64,000 nt of DNA from the human T2T-CHM13v2.0 reference genome, Homo sapiens. The notes below the pieces were generated by a model that searched no databases, was not told where the DNA came from, and was given only the letters and a program-made list of their open reading frames with translations. Below are positions 40,249 to 52,159 of the stretch, piece after piece. The DNA lies in assembly GCF_009914755.1 (NCBI RefSeq), contig NC_060926.1; one strand, given 5' to 3'. Numbering within the stretch: position 1 is the first letter of the stretch; every line of letters begins with the position of its first letter. The position numbers and the translations under genes were made by a program.

Positions 40249-40919
40249 GTACCCTTACACAGAAGAGATATTAGGGAAGCTTTTGCTGCTGCTGTTGCTG
40301 CCACAACCTCCATCATCATCATCACTTTTGCTATTAATATATTATCATTGTTGTTTTGTTTTGCTTCTTAATGAATAAGAATTATATGAAACATACCCTA
40401 TTATTTTACAATTACATGACTAAAAAGTACAATTGAATACGTTTCTTTTTTCTGTCATTTTCTGGTTCCATAAGTCTAAGTTACTGGATAAAGGCACATT
40501 GCTAGAAAGCCCCAAAGCCAGGATTCAAATTCCATATATTTTTTTTTTTTTCACTACACCAGGGTATCTGATCACTTATTTTTCAAGAGTCCTAGATCCT
40601 TACAGGTCTCTCAGAGACTTGCAGAACTATTTCTAACAAAGAAAAAATTTTATAAATCAGGACATTCCAATGTGTATATGAGTTGCAATGAGTCAACCCA
40701 TGTGATAGTTCCTCATTGTTACTATTATTATTGATGAATCTTGTTATTATAAATATTATATATATGAAAATGCAAGCATATTTTGTTCACACAGGAGATT
40801 AATACAAAGGCATTTTCTCACTTAATAATGTTATTTGAAGTTTTTTATATATAAACATATATCGATTTGCTCCATTTATTTTAAGAACTGCATAGAAACC
40901 TACCATATGGTAATACAAT

Positions 40920-42545
40920 GACTAATTTGTTGATTATTCTTTCCTTCTTGAAACACTCTCTACTCCAGACTTTCACGACACTTCTGACTAATTCTTCTTA
41001 ACCTACTGTCATGTCTGCAATTCTACTTAATATTGAATCAGCCTTGGATAATTGTTCCCTGTCTTCCTCTATCTATACCCTCTTCCTGAATAATACCCAG
41101 TAAACCAATGGCTTTAGATATCACTTCTTATCCAAATGACTTCCAAAATTCTATTTCCAATGTTAGCATCTATATTGAGCTCCATACTACACATCAGAAT
41201 GTACTTGAAATCTCAAAATTTTCACAGTCCAAACAGAACTCTGCTGAAAACTCCCAATAACAACATTCTGTCTCATGACAGTATATGATAGCATTATGTA
41301 CCTTGTTACTCAAATACAAACTTAAGGCTCCAATGTTTTGTCATTGCCTCACCTCCCTCGGCCCATATCCAATTAATCTGCAAGTGCCATTAGGTTTTCC
41401 TCAAAATGTATTCTAAATCTATCTACCTTATTGACTGTCTCTATAATTAAAGCCACTGTCACTTCTCACCTATACTATAGTTGTAGACATAATTTCCTTC
41501 CTTTCTCTCTATTCACAATCTAATCTATATACTGCACATAAACAAATATTTTAAAATGTAAAACAGAGTAAATATTCTCCCAGTTTTACAATTCCAGTGT
41601 CTTTCCATTGTGCCTAGAATACAATTCTGACTCCTGGCCATGACCTAAGTGGCCCTATCTGAGTCAACCTTTACCTTTTTAGTCTGATTTCATAAAACTT
41701 TATCCCTGTACCATAACTGGCTTGGCCAACCACAATTGCCTTCTTTCTCTAAACCAAGGAGGGTTAAAAACGACATTTCCTGGATTTCCTTCCGGCTGTG
41801 TTTCTGGATGAATATCAGGAATGCTAATCAGATGTACTTGTGCAAACATTTGGGAGGTAGTGTGACAGTAGGTAGGCATCTTCTTGCCAACTTGGCCTCT
41901 TCCTTCTGTCAAGCAAATTTGAGAATTCAAAGCATTCTCACAGCCATGTTCAAGTGTCCATTCTCCAATTTCCTGGATGTTGAGAGGCAGATGTGGGGGA
42001 GGCAGTGGCTAAATTTCTTTTTTCAGTGTCTGTTTACCACCCTTCTGAATGTGGAGCATTGGCACCTGTGTAACTTACCCTGACTCGCTGCATAATAGCT
42101 TTGGCAGCATGTGCTGAAACTCAGCAAATCCAGTGGTAATCTCAAAACTCATAGCTCCCCTTGCAGGCCAAGTCACTGGTAGCCATTTCTAGAAAGCCAG
42201 ATTAGAGCCTACTCCTCTAAAATTTTTAAAACCCTTAATTTTCCTTAAAATCTCAGTTCTGTTTGAAAGACCTAGCTTGTTTATTTTTTACCAGGGTAGA
42301 AAACTTACTGAAACCAATATTAACTATTCTTTATTAGATCAACTGGCTCTGATCTTGAACAGCTTACCCTCAAACATTGCAGAGACTCCTTCATGGTATC
42401 CTTTAGCTTTCAGCTGAATTATCATCTTCTCAGAAGAGTTTTCCGTGAACACCCAATCAAAACTATTCACACATTACATAGCTTTCATATTGCCTTATTT
42501 ATTGCATTTACAAAATTTACCATTATAAAATATGTATTTTTCAAA
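40920..42545 (+). mobile_element. L2 relic, interrupted by an old ERVL-type LTR at ~41740-42310
   Basis: CCTTCTTGAAACACTCTCT, CCAATGGCTTTAGATATCAC, AAATGACTTCCAAAATT and TTTCCATTGTGCCTAGAATACAA. Confidence 0.6.
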
Positions 42546-42860
42546 CACTTAGCCTGGGTACCTTATAAACAGCAGAAATTTATTTCTCACAATTCTAAAG
42601 GATGGGAAGTCCAAAATCAGGACAGTGACAGTAATTGGCGAGGGCCTGCTTCCTCATAGAGAGTGCTGTCTAGCTGTGTTCTCACATAGTGGATGGAGTG
42701 CGCAAAGCAGCTCTCTGGAGCTTCCATTATAAAGGCACTAATCTCATTCATGAGGGCTGCACCCTCATGACCCGCCAAAGGGCCCCACCTCCTCACCATC
42801 ACCTTGAGGGTTAGGATTTCAACATATAAATTTTGGGACACAAACATTCAGACCTTACCA
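42545..42860 (-). mobile_element. MLT1A/MLT1A0 LTR
   Basis: CAGAAATTTATTTCTCACAATTCT...GGCACTAATCTCATTCATGAGGGC...GACACAAACATTCAGACC. Confidence 0.85.
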
Positions 42861-43740
42861 GCATCCTTACCAAGAGCATCTTTGCATAATGGTATAAATA
42901 TATATCTACAAGGTAGCAGTCTAGAAGTAAGATTTGGGGGGTAAAAGAGCACATATACTTTAAATTTTAGTATTTATTACCAAATTTCTTTCAACTATGT
43001 TACATTAGTTTCCACTGCAAGGAATAATATATGAGTATCCATTTAACCAACATGAGCCACAAAATAAATAATATCAAAATTTTACATCATTGAGAACCTG
43101 AAAGACAAAAGGGTTTTCATTAATTATATTTTCTTATCTTTTAAATTATAAGTTAGGTTAAGGATTTATGCTGATTAACATTTTGTAGTTATCTTTATAA
43201 TTAGATGTGGATCACTCATTTTCTATATTTTTGTGTGAACTCTTTGTTCATTAAGACAATTAATGTTTGTCACATATGTTGCAATTTTTTAAATCTTTTG
43301 ATTTTGCTTTGGATAACCTTTTTCCTTGTGGGTGCTCTTATATTTTTTAGGCATTAAATTTATTACTTTTCTTTTTGTGGGTTTTGTTTGAATTATTATG
43401 CTTCACAACACTATTTTTTTGGTAGATTTTCTGTGTTTATTTTTTATCGTGGGAATTTCAGCCATTTGACAAATTTGTAGAAAGACACAGCTGTGTGCTT
43501 TTGAGGGTAATATTTTTGCTTGATTATGTAAAGGGAGCCATTCTAGCATAAAGTTCAGATCAACTTTAAATAAGTTCCTATTTTCTCTGACTTTATTTCT
43601 CCTTTTCTTGTCCTTCCACTTTTATTATGTGCAAATGACTATTTGTTTATATTATTTAAAGCTTAGCTGTGAGAAATAATCAAAATAACAGTAGCATAAA
43701 CAATATGAAAATCTATAGGCAATCAAGAGCTAGTTTGTAC

Positions 43741-43775
43741 TCTATTCTATTCTATTCTGTTCTATTCTATTCTAT
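43741..43775 (+). repeat. (TCTAT)n pentanucleotide microsatellite
   Basis: TCTATTCTATTCTATTCTGTTCTATTCTATTCTAT. Confidence 0.9.
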
Positions 43776-46700
43776 GAACTCGGGCACTCAGGCTCTTTTC
43801 AGTTCTTTTTTTCTTTTAAAAATATAATTAGGGTGATCTTTGGATCACTCATGTGGACTAAGGTGTAGACAGATATCTATGTCGTGGGAACTAGAATGGA
43901 GAAAAGCATAGCTAAGAAGGGCCTGGGGCTGAATATTAGCACCCTTTCTCAAGGAACACTTGGAAAGCTTCTGCAGAACATTTCTGCTTTAGATAGCATT
44001 AGGCAGAATTTAGTAATGTGTCCACATTGAATGAGACAATTCTAGAAATTGTGTAATCTCAGTGACCATTTTACCTGCAATAAATGAAAAAAAATAAAAA
44101 TAGTTAATGTTGTCTGACAAATTAATTGTCTTCCTCATTTTTAAAATTTTTTTTTCTACGAAGCTATTCTAGGTTTTCTGATTTTCCCCTCAAAGGCCCA
44201 GGAGATATTTATTGAGAATAATGTATTTTTTTTATTTATTTAAGCATATTTGTCAAATTTAAGGGCAGTCAACACAGATGAAAGGGCCAGAATTAACTAG
44301 TATAATAAGAAGCTCATTTTTAATCTGAGTATATATATCAACCACCTGCTTCCCAAGACAACTCTAGAATACAACTGGTAAGATACCTAATAATTGAAAC
44401 AAATTAATAAACTGTTTGGAAAAAAGGATATCCTATAATATACTATGATCCAATTTAATGTTGTAACAAATTGAAATTACAGCTTTCATATCACTTGCTT
44501 AATTGTATTGATAACATTTTGATATGGCTATAATTTATGGGCACTATCACATTTATTTCAAAAAGTAAGATAAAATGTAAACAGCTTGTTTTGTTCCCTA
44601 AAATTTACACATAAACTTAAAAACAATTTTAAAGTAGAACTACTAAACATACTTTTCTATGTTGTTGGGAAATCACAAATTCTCTCAGCCTCAGTTGCTT
44701 CACTTACATCATGGGAACATTTCACTTTAAATCCTTGAATATTTGCTTTACAACTGGATTATCTTTTACATTCCTTCCAGTAATAAACCTTTTGTTTCTG
44801 TGGTTTATGAATTACATTTAGGTATAATTTTCTGTAAGCACTTTTGCTAATGTTAATATAAAACGACTACGCAATTTATTGTAACTCAATTTTCAATTTT
44901 CCCAACTGAATGAGGCAAATAATTGAATGTTTACAAATATTTTCATTTTGCATTCTATAACTGTGCTAAATATTCACCTGTAGTATCCTAATTAGAAGAT
45001 ATTATTTCAGGAACTAATACTACAGGTTTAAAAATAATTACCGCTATTCTTGTGTCTCACTTATTCAGTTTATAAAATATTCAAAGGCATTTGATCACAT
45101 AGAATTATATTCTGCCAAACTTGTGCTTCTCAGAAACTCACTTGGAGACAAATAAATATTATTTCTAAGATAGGTGTAGTTTGAGTTTTACCATTTGCTA
45201 ACAATTTACCCAGCGTTAAAATGGGGATCTACCTCAGGGCTACCACACTGAAAGAAGAGGAAATCTATCTGTACCGTCTTGATTGTCCTGGTCTGTGTTA
45301 AACATCTCTTGAGTGTGGAATGATAAGATTGTTACTTGCTCACAGAGTTTACGAGGGAACAAACAGGTTATTCTCAGGGATCTATTAACATCCTTCCTTT
45401 TTCAGAGTTTGGGCCTCTAATAATGAGGATATCTGGGGAAAACTACAGGAAGGTCCTGATGCCTGGCTGTAACTTCCTTATCATTATTTTATTATCCTTT
45501 TGAGATTTTAGATCATTTCTCACTGTCTTTTCACACATAAGTTAATTTAGTGTGCTTTAAGTATAAATAACTGTCAGTTACATGGTAGCAATGAATAAAC
45601 TATCTTAGAGACTCAGATTTCCATATGTCAGTGTCAAACAATACACAGTTCAAGATTATAGATATTTATGTTTCCAAAATGCTTTGTAAAGTTATTTTAG
45701 ATGTAAGCATTAAGTAATAAAAAACAAATTAAAATAAACTATTATTGTAGATCAGTGTCATATAAGTCATTGAAATGTGATTTCTGATTTCATGCAACTT
45801 TGACATATAATATTTCAAAAATAACCTTGTTCTGAATGCTGAACTCAAAAATAGTGAAAACATAAAATAATCTCTAAGAGAGGTTATTTTTCTTCTTTCT
45901 TTGCCTTCTCCCCAGTATTCAGTTTATCAGCAAGTCATTCTGACCAGAAAATACAGATTTTCTGACTTCTAAGTTTGTCAGACTCATTTTATTTGTGAAG
46001 CCTTCGCAAGTGTAAAGTCAAATTTTTTAAATGTGTAAATGTTTGCTAAAACCAGAAACACCAGGATATAGAGAAATAGAGTAAAATATAACTTGCTGGA
46101 AATAAGAAGTGAGGCATAATATCAAGCAAGAACCAGGAAATACTTCCATGAGTACCTAAGGAAATGCAGTACAAATAAGCTATGTTTTACTCAAAGGTAG
46201 TAGAGCACTGAAAGGTAACCAAGTGAACAACACGATACTTAAGCAAGATATTTATGATATTCTCTGAACTGATTTTTCAAACAGTTGTTTACATTGTAAT
46301 TCCTTTCAGTTTGACACACAAAATTCCATTATTCCAATGTGCATCTCAAGCACTTAAAGGTTGAGTACTGGTATTCTATAAGCATGAAATCTAATTGGAG
46401 AACCAGTAAATATTTTAGCAACAATACAAAGCATTGGTTTTAAGTTGCAAAGTGAAAGATACCAATTGAAGCTGGAAATGTAGAAAAAGGCAGATCAATG
46501 TAGGTTGCTCTTATTTTGTTTGTTCTTCAAAATACTGTAGTGTAGTGATAATTGAATACATTTTTAAAGAATTGATTAATATGAAAACATTTTTATTGGT
46601 AACAATGAGAATAAAAGGCATTTCTGTGTAGAATAATGTGGCAAAGCCTTGGTTTTAAGACTCGGAGTCACACTGGATGGCAGTGAATATACGCATGATT

Positions 46701-46928
46701 TAATATAAACAAAAGTGAAAGCACAGAACCAGATGCCATGTTAAGAGACAAGACTAGCTGGATTTCCTGTGCCAACTAAGAATTCCTAAGCCTATCTGGG
46801 GAAGGTGACCTCACCTACCTTTAAACATGGGGCTTGTAACTCAGATCACATCCGACCAATCAGGTAGTAAAGAGGGCTCACTAAAATACAAATTAGGCTA
46901 AAATCAGGAGGTGAAGAAATAGTCAAAT

Positions 46929-48326
46929 TGAGAGGTGACAGCATGCTGGCAGTCCTCACAGCCCTCGCTTGCTCTCGGCGCCTCCTCTGCCTGGGCTGCC
47001 ACTTTGGTGGCACTTGAGAAGCCCTTCAGCCCACCACTGCACTATGGGAGCCCCTTTCTGGGCTGGCCAAGGCCAGAGCCGGCTCCCTCAGCTTGCAGGG
47101 AGGTGTGGAGGGAGAGGCACGAGCGGGAACCGGGACTGCGTGCAGCGCTTGCGGGCCAGCTGGAGTTCCGGGTGGGCGTGGGCTTGGCTGGCCCCGCACT
47201 CGGAGCAGCCGGCCGGCCCTGCCGGTCCCGGGCAGTGAGGGACTTGGCACCCGGGCCAGCGGCTGCGGAGGGCGTACCGGGTCCCCCAGCAGTGCCCGCC
47301 CACCGGCGCTGTGCTCGATTTCTCGCCGGGCCTTAGCTGCCTTCCCGCGGGGCAGGCCTTCCCGCGGGGCAGGCATGCAGGGCGCCATGCCTGAGCCTTC
47401 CCCCACCTCCGTGGGCTTCTGTGCAGCCCGAGCCTCCCCGACGAGCACTGTCCCCTGCTCCAGGGCGCCCAGTCCCATCCACCACCCAAGGGCTGAGGAG
47501 TGCGAGCGCATGGCACAGGACTGGCAGGCAGCTCCACCTGCAGCCCCGGTTTGGGATCCACTGGGTGAAGCCAGCTGGGCTCCTGAGTCTGGTGGAGCCT
47601 TGGAGAACCTTTATGTCTAGCTCAGGGATTGTAAATACACCAATCAGCACCCTGTGTTTAGCTCAGGGTTTGTGAGTGCACCAATCGACACTCTGTATCT
47701 AGCTGCTCTGGTAGGGCCTTGGAGAACCTTTGTGTGGATACTCTGTATCTAACTAATCTGATGGGGACGTGGAGAACCTTTGTATCTAGCTCAGGGATTG
47801 TAAATGCACCAATCAGTGCCCTGTCAAAACAGACCACTGGGCTCTACCAATCAGCAGGACGTGGGTGGGGCCGGATAAGAGAATAAAAGCAGGCTGCCCT
47901 AGCCAGCAGTGGCAATCTGCTTGGGTCCCCTTCCACAGTGTGGACGCTTTGTTCTTTTGCTCTTTGCGATAAATCTTGCTATTGCTCACTCTTTGGGTCC
48001 ACATGGCTTTTAAGAGCTGTAACACTCACCACGAAGATCTGCAGCTTCACTCCTGAGCCAAGCGAGACCAGGAGCCCACCGGGAGGAACGAACAACTCCA
48101 GACGTGCTGCCTTAAGAGCTGTAACACTCACCGCGAAGGTCTGCAGCTTCACTCCTGAGCCAGCGAGACCACGAACCCACCAGAAGGAAGAAACTCTCAA
48201 CACATCTGAACATCAGAAGGAACAAACTCCAGACGCGCCACCTTAAGAGCTGTAACACTCACCGCGACGGTCCGCAGCTTCATTCTCGAAGTCAGTGAGA
48301 CCAAGAACCCACCAATTCCGGACACA
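46929..48326 (+). mobile_element. Solo HERV9 LTR12C
   Basis: TGAGAGGTGACAGC start; CpG-rich U3; repeated ACCAATC (NF-Y) units; GATAAGAGAATAAAAGCAGG promoter; GAGCTGTAACACTCACC U5 repeats; CCAATTCCGGACACA end; 4-bp TSD AAAT. Confidence 0.96.
47630..47910 (+). promoter_or_regulatory. LTR12C core promoter (four CCAAT boxes, GATA site, AATAAAA TATA-like box)
   Basis: CCAAT at ~47640, 47681, 47809 and 47847; GATAAG at ~47873; AATAAAA at 47882-47888. Activity is inferred from family knowledge only. Confidence 0.6.
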
Positions 48327-48516
48327 AAATGATATATCGGCTGAGAGCACAGTGGGAGGGACAATGATCGTGATATAAACCCAGGCATTCGAGCAGGGAG
48401 CGGCAATCCCCTTTGGGTCTCCTCCCCTTGTGTGGGAGCTCTGGTTTAACTCTATTAAATCTTGCAACTGCACACTCTTCTGGTCCATGTTTGTTAAGGC
48501 TCAAGCTGAGCTTTCA

Positions 48517-48642
<126 letters not shown>

Positions 48643-49558
48643 CTAAAGGCTCACCATTGTTCCTGCACGGCTAAGTGCCCAAGTTCATCCTAATCGAGCT
48701 GAACACTAGTCACTGGGTTCCACGGTTCTCTACCGTGATCCATGGCTTCTAATAGAGCTGTAACACCGCATGGCCCAAGGTTCCATTCTTTGGAATCCGT
48801 GAGGCCAAGAACCCCAAGTCAGAGAACAAAAGACTTGCTGCCATCTTGGGAGCGGCTGCCACCATCTTGGGAGCTCTAAGAACAAAGACCCACCAGTAAC
48901 AATATGGAAAACAGAAAAAAAGACTTAAATAGACATATATAGTATGTGTATGTGTGTGTGTTATCAGCCCTTACACATACGAAAAGATGCTCAAATTCAA
49001 TCACAAATCCTGGAATTTTAAAAAGTAAGACACTAAGAAACTATTTTCTCTCCCATCAGATTGCCGAAAGTCAGCAATTATTTGAAACATTGATTTACAT
49101 TCCCTCTAGGACTTAGTATTTTTAGAATGCTTCAATTCTGTCAATTGATAAGTATAAAATAGTAACTTATTTTGGTCTTTTTTCTGATTGCTTTTTTCTG
49201 ATTGCTTTTGGGATTGAATCGTTTTCTTAATTTTTATTAGCCATACATATTTCCTCTTTAATGACTGTTTATGGACTTTTGGCCATTTTTATTCTTTTCC
49301 TTATGTATTATAAGCATTTACTAGAACACTAAAACTTTTGAGCGTTATATCCATTGAAATTATCCCCTTCCACTTTCTAGCTCTATTTCTTCACTCTAGC
49401 TCAAGTGTTCATGGTCAATTCTTACCTTTAAAATATTCAGATTTGTTAATCTTTTAAGGTTAGTGCTTTTTATGTGTGGTTTAAGAAAACTTCCCAATGT
49501 CTAAATTAAAAACATATATAATTTCTTGGGTTTTAATATTTTTATTTTGACATTTAAG

Positions 49559-49737
49559 TAGAGTGGTTGGGTAAAATACAGGACATGAGTTATATTTGAT
49601 TTCAGATAAATGACAAAGAGCTTTTTAGTGTAATTATGACCCGACTATTACTTGGAAAATGCCCATACAAAAAATGTATCTGAAATTCAAATTTAACTAC
49701 TATAGTTTATTTTTGCTTCCTAATACTGTCAACTCCA
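49559..49737. mobile_element. MER53 palindromic hAT MITE
   Basis: TAAAATACAGGAC...AGTTATATTTGATTTCAGATAAA paired with TATCTGAAATTCAAATTTAACT; 8-bp TSD CATTTAAG/CATTTAAA. Confidence 0.85.
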
Positions 49738-49933
49738 CATTTAAATTCTTAATTCCTTTCTCCCTCTGTCTCTTTCTCTCTCTCTTCTGTTTCTGTGTTG
49801 TGTTTGTGTAATATAAGGTAGAGTCTGATTTTCATTTTTTCACCTTTGTATACTATTTTTCCTGCTTTATTTGTCATCAGTTCCTTTTTCTCTAGTTGTC
49901 TGACATGCTAAATTTGAAGTCAATACTAGTTCC

Positions 49934-50351
49934 TATGTTAGTCTATTTTTGCATTGTAATAAAGAAATAGCTGAGGCTGAGCAATTTACTTAAAAAAAGT
50001 TTAGTTGGCTCACAGTTCTGCAAGCTGTACAGGAAGCATGGTGCTGCCATTTGCATCTGGTGAGAGCCTCAGGGAGCTTACAATCATGCCAGAAGGCAAA
50101 AGAGGAGCCAGCACATCACATGGTGAGAGGCAAGCAGGAGAAGAGAAGGGGCGGTCTGGACTTTTGTAAACAGCCAGAACTTGCATAATCTAACTGAGCA
50201 AGAGAACTCATTCATCACCAGGTGGATGGCACTATGCCATTCATGAGAAATCCACCCCCATGATTCGGTACCTCCCACTAGGCCTCATCTTCACATTGTG
50301 GATCATATTTCAACATGAGATTTGGAGGGGACAAATATCCAAACCATATCA
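49934..50351 (-). mobile_element. MSTB/MSTA solo LTR
   Basis: TATGTTAGTC...CCAAACCATATCA with 5-bp TSD GTTCC. Confidence 0.9.
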
Positions 50352-52159
50352 GTTCCATATATTTTAATTTAACAATACAGAGGTAGATTGTCTAGGCTGG
50401 TAGGGATGTTACCATCCTCAACTCTTGTCTTCACATTTTGTCCAAATGACTGATCCAACTCTTTGTGAAGTCTGTACCTAGAGTGGCAGGAATGAATAAA
50501 AAAAGGGAAAGTATATCCACATTCATTTTAAGACCATGCATTCGAAGGGAAACACATCATTTCTATTCATATACTGCTACCCAGCATGTAATCACATGGC
50601 CACATCTGGACAGAAAAGAGGCCATGAAACATTAGCTGTAGAGTCAATCCTTATTCAACTCTATCATGTAGAAGTAGGGGAAAATGACTTTTGGAAAACG
50701 GTAATAATCTCAATCACAGTCTTCTTTTTACAGTATCTTTTGTGACACCAGGGAATACCTGTAAGCCCATATTTCACTTAAAAATCTATTATCTCAGATT
50801 CAAGAGACACACTCTCATATCAGCATGGCATTTATACGTTGTAACTTCTAGGTAAGTAATCATTTCAGAAACATTTCACATCTTAAAGTTAACTGAGGTA
50901 AGAAGCAGCATCCATAATCTGGCCCTTAAAACTGTACAAGCATGATTCTCTCTAGAACTTTGCCTCTTTTACATTTTTTTAAATGTATGATGTTTCCAGA
51001 TCAGACACACTCCAATGACAGCTGATAATTAGATTTCTAAATACTGTAATTTTATCTCACGCTGAGCTCTGTCTATCTTATCAATGTAAATTATTTGCAA
51101 AGCTGGTATACCTAATCTCATTAAATAAAAACTATCTTTTTTATTGAAGCAACTAAAAACTTAGATGTTTATAAAAGCTCTCTCATAGGGTTTGAAACAA
51201 AATACAACATGGGTTTCAAATAAGATGTATTTTGTTTGAAACCTACTTAACTGTATTCATTCTACTGCCAAAATTACTCTTTAGAATCAGGGATTTTTCC
51301 CTCTGTGATTGAATTTATCAACTGATAACAGCTCAAAGAACATAATGAAATGACTTCTTCTGAACACTTAAATCTGAGGCTTACATGCTCAAATGAACAT
51401 ATTTTAAATGTCATCATTTTCACTTTTAAATATTTACTACAAAGATGATACTGTGCTAGACATCATGATAAATATGGAAATGACTCTTAAATCATACCAA
51501 ATATCCAAGTTACTCATGTGAAATCAATAGGTTTTAGATGGCCAACTATTATAAGAGAGGTAGTAATTGCAATGTGGTGAGAGTGAGAGATTATTTGTGG
51601 CTTTGAAGGTATCTTGGGGAAAATGCAATTTGAAGAGGGTGTTGAATGATTGATGCATAGGATGTGATATGGAAAATGTTCATGACCTTCTAAATCAGAA
51701 TTTTATAAAATCTCTTCCATGCCCTAGTAATTAAAAGAGCAGATAATGCCTAGACAAGTTATCAAAATGAGGTAAAGAAATCCTCACCCACCAAACATTA
51801 CATCATGGGATTAATTTTATTTTGGCATTGGAAATGTTATTTTACACCGATTCTTGGTATTTATACAAAATTTAATTAAATCACTATCAAAAATGTTTAA
51901 GAAAATGGAATACATATTGAAGGGTTAACTTATTTGGATAATCTTGCATCATAATTGACAATGTAATAGTATTAAAAGTATCCGTCTTTAGAGGATTATT
52001 TTATTTTGAAAATATCTTTATTTCACCTTTATGTTTGAAAGACATTTCATTAGATTAGGATTCTAGAATAACAGGTTTTTTTTTTTTTCTTTTAGACCTT
52101 TAAAGTTGTCATTCCCTTGCTCTGTGGCCTCTATTACTTCTGACAGATAGTTGTCCATT

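Noticed and set aside
39744-40325. 193-aa antisense ORF starting MMMMM
   Set aside because: It starts in a (CAT)n/(GCT)n low-complexity tract and runs antisense through the THE1B LTR.
48010-48300. Regularly spaced repeats (GAGCTGTAACACTCACC...GCAGCTTCA) resembling a CRISPR array
   Set aside because: These are the normal U5 tandem units of LTR12; the spacers are homologous to each other, the context is eukaryotic and there are no cas genes.
49180-49209. TTTTCTGATTGCTTTT tandem pair
   Set aside because: An ordinary slippage duplication within decayed L1M-like sequence.
49630-49675. Possible miR-1302 family gene in MER53
   Set aside because: The mature-sequence region is heavily diverged (TTGGAAAATGCCCATAC versus TTGGGACATACTTATGC) and the seed is lost.
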